Part shown: one piece after another, positions 51,801-64,000 of the stretch
Layout: each line of letters begins with the position of its first letter
Position numbering within the stretch: position 1 is the stretch's first letter
Source: Piromyces finnis finn
Lineage: Eukaryota; Fungi; Neocallimastigomycota
Direction: 5' to 3'
DNA: 64,000 bases
Assembly: GCA_002104945.1 (NCBI GenBank)
Contig: MCFH01000013.1
Span: 496,001-560,000, forward strand
The notes under the pieces: generated by a model
Databases searched by the model: none
What the model was told of the DNA's origin: nothing
The model's input: the letters and a program-made list of their open reading frames with translations, nothing else
Translations under genes and position numbers: made by a program

Positions 51801-52581
51801 TTTCAATTGAAAGTCTTGGTTTTCTTGATATTGTACCATAAATATCTGCACTACGACTAGAACTACTATTTATATCAGCTTTTGGTCTTCTAGGTATAGT
51901 ACCATATATATCACGAGCATGAGAGTGAGATCTATCTCTATCTCTATCTCTTTCTCTATCCTTATCTCTTTCTCTATCTCTGTCTCTATCCCTATCCCTT
52001 TCTCTTCTTTCTCTATCTCTATCTCTATCTCTATCACGTTCACGATCACGATCAGTTACACGTTTTCTTGGTATAGTACCATAAATTTGTTCTGCATTAT
52101 GAGTATGCTTATCTGGTAATGGTTTGCGAGAAATTGTTCCATATATATCATTATGTGAACGCTTTTCAGGTAATGGCTTTCTAGGAATAGTTCCATAAAT
52201 TGAATGGTTTCCACTAATACTACTACCACTTGAATGATCTACAGATGATGCACTTCTTGGTGGTGGATAATTTCTTGGTTGCAACGCCATAGTAACAGAT
52301 GAATTTGGTGAACGTAAACCTGCTGAGAGGCTACCACTAGATTTTGATTGATGTCTAGTATCTATATTTTGTGGTCTTTTGAGAGAATCAAACCCTTTTC
52401 TTGAGGACTAATTAAAAATTATATTAAAATAATAAAAAAGCATTTATTATAAAATATATATATATATAATTATAATATATTTTAATAATATAATTTTTTT
52501 TTGAATATTAAAAAATATATAAAATTATAATAATATAAAAATTACTGTTCTTTCTGTAATTTTTGTCGAAAAATCACTCAT
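45848..52581 (-). CDS. Very large (~2,150 aa) coiled-coil protein with Ser/Arg-rich, RD-repeat and IYGTI-repeat N-terminus, 3 exons
   Basis: Exon 1 52581-52546 (MSDFSTKITERT), exon 2 from 52407 to ~51708 and exon 3 ~51602-45848 splice in frame. About 1,600 aa are heptad-rich E/K/L/N sequence with no globular domain recognised. Confidence 0.85.
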
Positions 52582-55498
52582 TATTAATTACCTATATAAT
52601 GATAAAAAAATGATAACCATTAGAATTTATTATCTTAAAAAATATTAAATATTTAATAATGAACATATTTTGTTACTTTATTATTTAAAAAACTAAGTTT
52701 AATAATTATTGTAAAATACTTACAAATTTTCTATATTGTTTTTTATTCTATTTTTATTATTTCCTTTTTTTAATATTTTATATATTTTTTTAAAAAATAA
52801 AAATTATTATTATAGTTTCTTTTTTAACGGATTTCTGTGTATTTGGATTATTTTTATTATGTATTTTTATTGGTTAATGTGTATCACTTATTAAAATATA
52901 ATATTCAATTTAATTTTAATAATAATTTCATTTTAAAATAAAAAATTGAATGTGTATAATTTCTTAAAATGAATATAATATAAGAAATACGTTTAATTAA
53001 TGGTTTTTATGTTTTTTTTTATATATATATTTTTTTTTATTTTATTTTATTTTGTTTTGTTTTTTTGCTTTATTTTGTTTTGTTTTGTATTATTTTATTT
53101 AGTGTTTTCTTGTTTTGTTCTGTTCTTCATAAATATCAAATAAACTTTTAATGTATTTATATTAGTTTTTTATACAAAATTTTAAACAATTAACCATAAT
53201 AAAAAGTTATATTATACATTTATACATTGAAATGATGATATTTTTATTATTATATATATATATTTTGTATAATACATATAATATGTATAATTTTTTATTT
53301 TTATTATTATTTATTTTATTTATTTATCTTATTATTATATCTATTAACAAGTTAGCTAATATATCAAAAAAAAAAAATACATTTAAAAAATATAATTAGT
53401 ATTTAAAGGTTATATTACAGATTATACAATAAATTAATAATATTTAATTATTAGTTTTACATACTTTTTATAAATTATGTTACAAACAAAGCATAGCGGT
53501 TCTTTTTTTTTTTTATCAATATTAATTATATCTGATATAAATGTTAATATACATTATATAAAACAGATTTAATAAAATAATAAAGTAAAAAGAAAAAGAA
53601 AAAAATAAAAGTAAACTTTTTTTTTTCTTTCTTATATTTTATATAAAAAATGTTTTAAAATATAATTAATTAAATATAATACAAATATATTTTAATTATA
53701 TATTAAAATATTATCGAAAAAATAAATAGAACAAAACTTTATTTATATACATTTCGTTTAATAACTATATTTTATTTTTATTTAATATATCCCAAAAATA
53801 TACACATATACATATATTTAATATATTGATAATACTAATTTAAATTAATAATAAAATAAATGAAAATTTTAGGTTAGGATTTTACATGATATCCTAATCT
53901 TTTGATGGTAAAAAGAATTGTTTTAAAAATATAAATTTTATATTTAAATTATTAATAATATCTTTAGTATTATTACATATCATAAAAAAAACTATAATAT
54001 ACTATATACTTTATATTTTTATTATTAAAAAAAAATATTATTATTTTTTAAATAATATAATGTTTAGATAACCTATAAATCTAGGTTAAATTCAAACAAT
54101 TTTCATATGAAAAATTAGAATTGTTTTTTTTTATTTATTTGATCTATAACTATTTATTTATTTATTTATTACTATTATTATTATTTTTTTTTTTAGGTAA
54201 AAGATAATATAAAACAATAATGGTAATAAGCATTTACAACAATAAAAATAAACTAAAACTGTAAAGCAAAGAAATATTTAAATTTTGTTAAAATTCAACA
54301 GGTTAGTTTTCATCATAATTTAAAGTTAATAATTATTTACATAATATAAACCATTAAAGCTTATATAGATAAAAGGGTTATTCTAGTGTTTTATATTACT
54401 TAATTATTAAATATTATTATTTTATATTAAAATATGGTTGAATAAAAGTATAAAGCAGTATTTTCGCTTATTATTCTCAATAATGATAAGAAACAAATTT
54501 TATTTTTTATAGTAAAATAATGATTTAATATGGTAAAATTTAATAAAAAATTAATATTTTATCAATATATTAATTTTTATGTAGAATTTATAATTATATT
54601 TTAAATATGGCTTGACTTAATTTAAGATATCTACTATTTAAGATTTTATACTTAATAATTATATATATTTGAAATACTATTACAATTATATTATTACTAA
54701 AACTACTACCACTAATAATAAACATCATAATAAACATAATAATATTATTAATAATTATTTACATAATATTCTATTTAATATTTCTTTTATTAAAGTATTA
54801 GTTTATTTTTTTAATGTAATGTGATTTAATAAAGTAATGTTGTGGCACGTTTATTAGTATGTATTTAAAAAAATAAATCAATCATTAAAATTAATAAATA
54901 GAATATTAATATGTTTTAAAATTAACTATTATCCGCTGATCTTTCAATCCATAGACCAATTTCAAGTGTTATTTTTGTAACTTTATTTATATTTTTTATA
55001 TTAAAATTTTAATTTATTTCTATATTATTTTAGTTATTTTTTAATAATTAAATGTACCAACAACCAATTATTTATTTTTAACCAATAAAATTCAATAATA
55101 TTTTATATAGTAGTAATGAAAACATACATAAAAAAGATATTAACTAACAATAACAGTCAAAAAAAAAAAAAAAAGCAATTATATAGAGTTAATGATAGAA
55201 TGACTATATGTAAATGTTGTGTAGTTACTTAAGTAATATTTTTATTTTATGCTGTTTAGCCTATTAATATTGAATATTATTTTTATATTATATTTATTAT
55301 TTAATTTAATATGTAAATTAACACATATACATTATGTATAGATATAATAAAAATACAAAAAAAAAAAAAAAAAAAAAAAGGAAATTCTTGAATAAAAACT
55401 AATTTTTAACATTTTTAATTAAAAGTTAAAATATGATAGCTGAAAATATGAATAATTAGATAAATAAATACATACATACATACATACATAATAAAAAC

Positions 55499-55590
55499 TT
55501 TTTTTTTTTTTTAGTCAATTTTAATTGTAATAATAATAATAATTTTTTTTTTTTTTAGTCAATTTTAATTGTAATAATAATAATTTTTTT
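55499..55590. repeat. Local tandem duplication (~45 bp) of Tn-AGTCAATTTTAATTGT-(AAT)n
   Basis: Two adjacent copies of TTAGTCAATTTTAATTGTAATAATAATAAT are visible. Confidence 0.85.
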
Positions 55591-56164
55591 AAAAAAAAAA
55601 AAACTATTAAATAGTTATAATTAAAAAATGATATATAAAGAGTTACATTAATTTTTGATACTGATTATAGAAATAATAATTTTGATAATATTATTGATTT
55701 ATTAAGAATTAATAAATTTTTATGATTGCCATGTGCGTTTTGTTAAACATTAAACTGCATAAGTTTGAATTTATTTTTTAACGGCAAAAATTTTGATAAT
55801 TTGTTAAAGAAGTAAATAAATATTTTATTAATTAAAATTTTGGTAAACTTAATTCTAACCTTACTATACTATTTTTTGGCAGTTTAACCTTTTACTATAA
55901 CTTTTCGAAAACATAAATTTATTTCTTTCATTGTAGTAACTATTTTGAAAATAAATATAGATCAAATATTAATTAAATAAATCTATTTAAAAACTTTTAC
56001 TTTTTTTTTTTTTTTTTTCCTTAACGGCATCAACTATTTTTAAACTTTATTAATTAAAATTATAATACCTATTATAAAAAAATAAACACAAATAAAAAAA
56101 AAAATTGGGTAGAATGTATTCTAGTAATATTAATTAAAGTAAGAAAGCCACTTTTATACTAATG

Positions 56165-56540
56165 CACAATAATTGTAGTTGTTGACTTCCAATGGGACAC
56201 CGAGCCAAAGATCAAAATTTTATCATGGGACAAAATTATGATCTCTATTGGTTGCGCTGGCCTTCCTGGCCTGTCTTACTGCTTCTTCAGCATTGACGCT
56301 CTTGGCTGCTGCTTCAAACCTTTTGAACATGGTCCATTGCTGGCCAATAGCAAAAGGCATGATTTTGGTTAGAAGTTCCGCTGTTACCGTCAAGAATGAT
56401 GTTCCTTCATAAGTGCCAGATTGAATCTGACACTTGCAAATTTCTTTCCATTTCCTTGAATTGTAATTAATAGTGTTAAAACTTCTTCCCCCAAGTAGGA
56501 ATTTAAATATTTTACTGTACACTCTAGAATAATCATACAC
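56165..56540 (-). other. GC-rich (~42%) island with a 105-codon ORF of atypical codon usage; possible relic of a mobile, viral or HGT sequence, or an ncRNA
   Basis: Hand count gives 125 G+C in 300 bp (56161-56460), against very low GC in the flanks. The ORF KWKEICKCQIQSGTYEGTSFLTVTAELLTKIMPFAIGQQWTMFKRFEAAAKSVNAEEAVRQARKAS uses GCG, ACG and AGC codons. No family recognised. Confidence 0.45.
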
Positions 56541-57045
56541 ATTATTAGAACAATTACTGTTATTAACTAAATTACTATTTAAATTAGAATTATTATCTTC
56601 ACTATTACTAATATTATTAAGTAAAAACTAGAATAACATCTTTATTAATATTAATACAACAACGATACTTTTAAAAATTAAAAAGATTTATACCAGTATA
56701 ATTAAAAAAATTTTTTTTTTAATTTTAATAATTATTTAAATATTCCCATAAACATTTTCTGATTATTTACATATTAAATTAACATAGCTTATCAATCATT
56801 TTCTCCGATTTGTACATAAAATATCTATTCATATAAACAATAATCCACTTTTTCTACCATCCTTAAAAAATATCTTTATTTGCTTTCGTTCCCATGTTGA
56901 CTTAACTAATATGTTTGAATTATATAATTTTCTCGTCCATTATTCATAAACTACACAATATTAATTGAAAAACATTTAACTTTATATTAGGATATATAAT
57001 TTTAAATTCTTTTTTATTAAAATTTAATCTGTATACACATCAAAT

Positions 57046-57767
57046 TTAGAAAGCGGCAATTCTGGCAGCTCTGGCAGCCATTCTCTTGTTTAAGGAGACA
57101 GTCTTTTCAGCGGCCTTTTCAACAGCTTCTTGTTCTTCAGCAACAATGATTTCAATGTGGCATGGGTGACTTAAGTAAGCGTTAATACGACCGTGAGCTC
57201 TGTAAGTTCTTCTACGTTGCTTTGGAGCTTGGTTAACTTGGATGTGCTTGATGACAAGGTTTTCCATGTTAAGACCCTTAACTTCAGCATTGCTTTCGGC
57301 ATTCTTAAGAAGACCTAATAAGAATTCAGCACTCTTAACTGGCCATCTACCTTGGGAAATGTTGTGTTGCTTAGCTTGAGCACAACGACCAACACCCTTA
57401 GAGAATCTTCTGAATGGAACGCATTGTTTCATTTCCTTAACATCATTTAAGAACTTAACAGCCTTAGAGAGCTTCATTCCGGAGATGGTCTTGGCAGCTT
57501 CTCTGGTGTTCTATTCATAAATTTAAATAATATTTTTGTAGTTAATAACACAATTCATAATATAAAATCAATATTTATTTATGCTCTAAGTTTTTATAAT
57601 ATATACCTTGAAGTGAACACGGAGGTAGGAACCACTAGCCTTAGCAGCTAATTTAAATTAAAATAACATTTAAATGATATTAATAACTTAATGTTAAATA
57701 ACTATCATTCAAAAATAAACTATATACCTTTATCGAGGTTTTCTGGAGTAGCGGCGTACCGGGTCAT
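57046..57767 (-). CDS. RPL17: 60S ribosomal protein uL22 (L17), 3 coding exons
   Basis: [13 protein letters not shown]|[14 protein letters not shown]|[17 protein letters not shown]...CVPFRRF...[12 protein letters not shown]...[22 protein letters not shown]. Confidence 0.97.
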
Positions 57768-57774
57768 CTTTATA

Positions 57775-57934
57775 CTATTTAAAGACAAAATAAATAACAA
57801 TTAATAAAACAATGATTCCAATAATGGATGGACAATTAAAAACACAAATATAACTCAAAGACACTTATTACAAAGTTTTATCCATTAACATTAATAAAAC
57901 TTAAAACATTCATTCATTCATCATCCAAATTTAC
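57775..57934 (-). other. Probable 5'UTR intron of RPL17 (160 bp)
   Basis: AAG|gtaaat donor at 57934 and aatag| acceptor at 57775, 7 nt before the ATG. A pyrimidine-rich leader (TTCCTTCTTTTCC) lies upstream. Confidence 0.6.
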
Positions 57935-58025
57935 CTTTCGATTTAGCCGAATTATATATTGGAAAAGAAGGAACTAAGGTATAGTAAGTGAGAAATCTTT
58001 TAGTGATATTCAAAAAATACAATAC

Positions 58026-58034
58026 ACCAATCAT
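58026..58034. promoter_or_regulatory. CCAAT-box-like ACCAATCAT upstream of RPL17
   Basis: Same 9-mer and orientation as upstream of RPL28. Confidence 0.35.
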
Positions 58035-58975
58035 ATTAATTTATAATACATAGCCACTTATTTTAAAATGTACATATTTATATTAAAATTTATGTACATA
58101 TATTATATTATATTTTATTAATGTAATTTATTTTTTAAAATATCCACAAAAATTATTAAATAAAAATTAGTTAAAAAAAAATATTTCGTGTAACATATAG
58201 TATTTCAAATATTATATAATACTTATTATATATAATATTATATAACTGAATAATAAATATAATAAATAAATATTTTCAATTTCTTCAATAATTAATAATT
58301 ATTTAAGAATAATTTTATTTATTAATTTTCTTAATAATTATAAATAAAAATTTGTAGTATTAATATTATTATATATAATAAAAGATAATAGAATGATGTA
58401 ATAATTTACACTTTATATTTTTATTTTTTTTTCATTAATAATTATATATATTTTTTTCCTTTCAAACTATATTCCAATAATAATAATAATTAAAATTTAC
58501 CTTTTCTTTTATTTTAAAAATTTAATTATACTCTTAATTATATGAATTTTTACCAATAAAATCATTAATTTCTATCTTATATAAATTTTAATTTCTAAAT
58601 TTGTTAAATTAATAAATATTATAAAGCTAATTATATATTTTTTAAGAAATAATACAAATAATATATAATATTATGCTTTGAAATTATACATAAGTATGAT
58701 TTAACATTTACTTATAATTAATTTAGATTATCCAATTATTACTTCAAAAAAAAAAGAAACATTCATTTTTTTACTTATTACTATATAATTTAAATTTTGA
58801 CTCTTCATTTTTCTTTTCATTATTTCTTCTTTTTTAAAAAATAAAATATTGATAAAAAAAAATAGAAAATTTAATAACGAAAGTACGAAAAAAAAAAATT
58901 CAAAATAAAAATAATATAAACATAAACTTTTAAAGTCAAATATTCTATTTCTGTTAGCTCAACGAAAATATTAAA

Positions 58976-60622
58976 ATGTCTAACGTTGGAAAAAAAATTT
59001 TTAGAACAACGTACATATATCAATCTTATTGTTTAAATAATAATTATTTTTAAATAATTTACATAATATAAACTATTGCATTAAATTCATAGTAATTTCA
59101 ATCTAATATTAAAATATTAGTAAAAACATCACAGGTGGATATACTGATATTCAAATTAAGACGAGAAATGGTGAAAATATATTATAAAAAATAATTATTA
59201 ATTTTTTATAATATATGTTAAAGAATATGATTTTAATATGTATCATTTTAATAAAAATAGCTACGAAAAATGAAAATAAATGCCCAACCAATATTTTATT
59301 AAATGATATAGCTTTAGCTTCTTACAACGAGTAAATATTATTTATGAAATTTTATTGTGTATATTCATTTTTTAATAAATTATATTATATAAATATAAAG
59401 AGTACAATTTATTGAAATTATGGAAATCTTAGAAAAAAGATTAAATGATAAAGGAAAAAATTGGAGACATGTATATAAGGTACTTTTAATATTTATGGAA
59501 ATTATATTTCAATATTAATGTATTAATTATTTTTTATTTAAAATTATCAGAGTTTAACCTTACTAGAATATTTATTATATAATGGATCTGAGATGGTTGT
59601 TAAATATACCAAAAATAATATTCATGTTATTAAAACTTTGAAAGATTTTCAATATATTGATGAGAATAACCGTGATGAAGGAATTAATAGTAATTATAAC
59701 ATATAACATATATCTAATGACTTATACTCAGAGTTTATATAACTGATTTTCTTTTTAACATATGCATAATTTTATTATTCAAAATATAACTAGTTCGTGT
59801 AAAAAGCAAAGAAGTTTATGATTTAATTATGGATGAACCTAAATTAATGAGTGAAAGAGCAAGATTAAAAACCAATGGAAAAATTAGACTTTCAGGTAGT
59901 AAACCAAAAACTCTTGGAGGATATGATGAAGAAATGGAAATTAAAAAAGCTATTGAGATTAGTAAGGAAACTTTAATTCAAGATGAAAAAAGACGTGAAA
60001 TGAAAAGAAGGTAGTTTATAAAATGTAAACAAATATAACAAACTAAATTGACATTATATTAATATAATTTATTATTATTTTTTTAATAGTCAAGAAAACT
60101 TACTTGCAATTGCTTCATCATCATCAGAAAAAAGTTCAAAGGAGTAGATATTAATTTTATTGATATATTTTTATATAATATATCTTTATTTAATATATTA
60201 ATTATAATAATTATTATTTACTTTTATCTATAGAAAAGGAAAAAGTAAAAAACTTGAAAATACCAACAAAGAGAACAACAAAAAAGAGAAAGATTTATTA
60301 ATTTTAGATGAACCTATTCCTGATGAGATTCAACCAAAAGAAAATAATTTACAATATCAACAACTACAATATCAAAAAATGCAACAGCAATTTCAAGGAA
60401 TGGACTTTTTTGGAACAGGCAATAATAATATGATGATGAACCAAAATCAAAATAATATGATGATGGAAGGAAATATGATGAATAATAATTCTGGCTATAA
60501 TAATAATGATCTAATTTCATCAACAGGAAATAATTATAATTTATTAATGAATAATAATAACTTATTTGGAAATACTAATAATATGATGAATTGCAATGTT
60601 GGAAATAATAATAATTTATTAA

Positions 60623-60679
<57 letters not shown>

Positions 60680-62047
60680 TATTTAACTCTATTATGAGTA
60701 ATGACAATTCTAGCTTGTTTGTTAACTCTAGTAATAATAATAGTACAATATTCAATAATAATAATAATAATAATAATTCATTATTTAGTGACACCAATAA
60801 TAATATGAATAACAATTTATTAATAGGAAATACCACTACTATGAATAACAATAATTTATTAATGGGTAATACTGCTATGAATAACAATAATTTATTAATG
60901 GGAAACACTACTATGAATAACAATAATTTATTAATAGGAAACACTACTATGAATAATAATAATTTATTAATGGATAATAATACCACCACTATGAATAACA
61001 ACAACAATAATAATTTATTGTTTGGTAATATGAATAACAATAATAATAATTTATTAATGGATAATACCACTATGAACAATAACAATAATAATTTATTATT
61101 GGATAATACTACCACTATGAACAATAACAATAATAATTTATTAATGGGTAATACTACCACTATGAACAATAACAATAATAATTTATTAATGGGTAATACT
61201 ACCACTATGAACAATAACAATAATAATTTATTAATGGGTAATACTACCACTATGAACAATAACAATAATAATTTATTAATGGGTAATACTACCATTATGA
61301 ATAACAATAATAACAATAATTTATTAAGTCAAGACCCCATGAACCAAAATTTATTAACTTTTAATAGTTATAATATGAGCAATAATAATAACAACAATAA
61401 TAGTAATTTGATGAATAGTAATCTATTAGAAAGGTATTATAATAATGATTATAAAAAAAAAAATAATTTTTTTTTAATAATTTTATTAATATAAATTTTA
61501 TTTAGCTCCAATTATTCATACAATATGACAAATAATTCTTCAACAAATTTCTCATTTAATCCAAACGGAAACAAAATTACTAATGTAAGTAAATGAATGT
61601 AAAACCATTAAAAATAATATTATCGTGTATTTATTATATTAAAATACTTACAATATAATTTTTTTCATATATTTATTACAATAAACTAAAAAGAATAATA
61701 ATAATAACAACAATCGTGATATGAATAATTCTTTAATTGATATGACAATTAAAAATATTGTAAACCTTGACTCTTCATCTTTAGTTAATCTTAATACTGG
61801 AAATCAGTTTGACAATAAAGCAATTAATTGGAACAATAACATCAATAATAATATGGTAAATAACAATAATAACATGCAAACAGGTTTTAATAATATTAAT
61901 CAACAAAATATGATTAATAATCAATTGAATGGATTAAATAATAACGGAATAAATATGAATACCAATTCTAACAATATGGGAAATGTATTCCAAAATCAAA
62001 ATCAAATGAATGGAATGAATACGAACAACTTTAACTTTAACTTTTAA
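58976..62047 (+). CDS. Epsin (Ent1/Ent2-type: ENTH + UIM + clathrin box) with Asn/Met tandem repeats
   Basis: ENTH exons: KNITGGYTDIQIKTRN|ATKN..., EIMEILEKRLNDKGKNWRHVYK|SLTLLEYLLYNGSE, IKTLKDFQYIDENNRDEGIN|VRVKSKE. UIM: DEEMEIKKAIEISKE. Clathrin-box-like: DLLILDE. Confidence 0.9.
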
Positions 62048-63089
62048 TATTTAACAAATTAATAATTTATGTTATAACACAAACATTTTAATCTTAGTAT
62101 AAAAAATCTAGGTTATAGTTTTTAATATTTTATAATAGAATAATTAATAAGATATATTTATTAATGTGAATTATAACTATTATATAATTATATAATAAAT
62201 ATATAAATATAAGTATTTCTTTTAAATTAAAATAATTAATATAAATAGAGATTAATTGAGGAGAATTGTAATTATTTATAATTTCTGTTTTAACTTTTGT
62301 ATTTTATTGATATTACTTTTTCTGTATTAAAGGGTTAGTATTTACTTTAAAGTTAATTTTTTTTAAATATTTATAAATTATACAGAAATAATTTATAATC
62401 GATATAATATTCAGATGATTATATATTTAATATATAAAATTTTATACTTATTTATATTATAAATATATATAGTTTATTGGTTCACAATAACCATAAAAAT
62501 TATTAATTTCAAAAAAAAAAAAAAATATAAGTTTAATAATTAAGCGTTTTTTTTATATAAAGATTTTAATTGAAGATTAGGTTATTTATTTTTGTTTTAA
62601 TAATATTTATATTTATAATATATTTTTAATATATGCTAACTAAATGTAATAATAAAAATATTTATAACTTTTTTTTTTATCATTTTTTTTTCTCATTATA
62701 TTTTTTTATTTTTAAATTAATGGAATGTTTTTTTTTTTTATGTAATAAAGAAAATTGTAAATTAATAAAATAATTTTTAAGTAAAATATAATTATTTTTT
62801 TATATAACATATATAATTAATTTTTGAAATATTGTTTAAATCAAGAATATAAAATATATTAAAATTAATAATATTTAGGCAAACCTTTGGAATAATTATT
62901 TAATAATCCACATTTTTTTTAAAATAATATTTAGTTTAAACATTTTTTTATTTTCATTATTTTTTTTTTTTATATATTATATATTATTATTTTTAATAAT
63001 ATTTATAGTTATATAGTTATTCTTAAGGAATAAAGTCTATAATATTTTTAAAACATATAAAATCAAAAGTTAAGATAAATATAAATAAA

Positions 63090-63120
<31 letters not shown>

Positions 63121-63535
63121 TAATAATAAATCAAGTCAAAGTAAATAAAAAATATAAATATTTCAATCAATTTGGTACAGCATATTTATTTGGAGATTAT
63201 TAAGTGTTAAAAAATATATAAATAAAGTAAAAACAATAATATTTAAAAAGTATTCAAAGAAATTGTATTTTTAAAATTTTAAAATTATAATTTTTAAATA
63301 ATTATAGCAAAAGATTATTCCAGTAAAAAAATATTTTGATAAAAGGATTTTATTAAAGAAAAAAAAAAAAAAAAGAATAATTAAATAATAGGGATATTTC
63401 AGTATATATTTTTTTATTATTTATTTCAATTTTTTATTTAATCAAAACTACACTTACTTTTGCAGTTGTAGTTGGTATTATTAATTTTAAAGTTTAATAT
63501 TTTAATCCTAAATAAATAAATAATAAATAAAAAAA

Positions 63536-64000
63536 ATGTCTGTTATTTATTATAAGTTTAAGGTAATAATTAATATAATAAATAATAAATAAATATTTAT
63601 TTATTTCGAAGATTTTAAAAAGTAATAATTTATAATGTAAATATAGAGCGCAAAAGATTACGATACTGTAACTTTTGATGGAATAAGCTTGTCAGTATTT
63701 GATCTTAAACATGAAATTATGATATCAAAGAAATTGGGAAAAGGAACAGATTTTGATTTGTCAGTATATAATGCTCAAACAGGAGAAGGTTAATATAATA
63801 TTAAAATTTTAATAATTAATTATATTTTATAGTAATTTGAGATTGCTAAAACCATTGCTATTATTTTTAGAATATACTGATGATTTAGCGACAATTCCAA
63901 GAAATACTTCAATTATTGTAAGAAGAGTACCACCTGAAAGACCAGGAAAAGGAAATGCCCAAAAATATTTATCAGCATCTGGTCCTTCAACACATATAAT
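63536..64000 (+). CDS. MPE1: 5' part of RBBP6/Mpe1 (DWNN ubiquitin-like domain; cleavage/polyadenylation factor), runs off the window
   Basis: MSVIYYKFK|SAKDYDTVTFDGISLSVFDLKHEIMISKKLGKGTDFDLSVYNAQTGE|EYTDDLATIPRNTSIIVRRVP is the classic DWNN sequence. Confidence 0.93.

Noticed and set aside
53871-54088. Short hairpins TTAGGAT/ATCCTAA (53874-53897) and TAACCTA/TAGGTTA (54069-54088), with telomere-like TTAGG words
   Set aside because: The arms are only 7 bp in very AT-rich DNA. There is no tandem telomeric array and no convincing TIR/TSD or Helitron end.
56250-56275. ACAGGCCAGGAAGGCCAGC on the minus strand, resembling the SRP RNA helix-8 motif
   Set aside because: The bases flanking GGAA do not form the required closing stem, and no larger SRP fold is evident.
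57918-57928. C-box-like ATGATGA at the start of the RPL17 5'UTR intron
   Set aside because: There is no downstream CTGA D box and no clear rRNA-antisense element, so it is not called a C/D snoRNA.
60534-61316. 260-aa minus-strand ORF of repeated LLLLLFIVVVLPINK
   Set aside because: It is the antisense shadow of the epsin (AAT/AAC)-rich repeat; ATT/GTT/TTA runs lack stops by composition.

Overview
Extremely AT-rich, intron-rich eukaryotic DNA with short GT-AG introns, poly-Asn tracts and microsatellites. The composition and the flagellar/centriolar genes suggest a zoosporic anaerobic gut fungus (Neocallimastigomycota); this is inference, not a database result. About 14 protein-coding genes could be reconstructed by hand. 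In order: an ankyrin-like gene (5' exon only), the Mgm1/OPA1 dynamin, a Syp1/FCHO muniscin, RPL28 (with a candidate intronic H/ACA snoRNA), a cold-shock-domain protein with a prion-like tail, a class I cyclic-nucleotide phosphodiesterase, a TTC16-like TPR gene, an unidentified large helical protein, an LRR+IQ (LRRIQ1-like) gene, a FAM161-like gene, a ~2,150-aa coiled-coil protein with five IYGTI[PS]R repeats, RPL17, an epsin with an Asn/Met tandem array, and the start of MPE1/RBBP6. A ~42% GC island with a foreign-looking ORF lies at 56.2-56.5 kb. The best leads are the 20-kb run of putative flagellar/basal-body genes, an Mgm1 with no visible membrane anchor in a probably hydrogenosome-bearing fungus, the GC island, the snoRNA candidate and the IYGTI repeats. 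Exon boundaries were read manually and are approximate unless stated.
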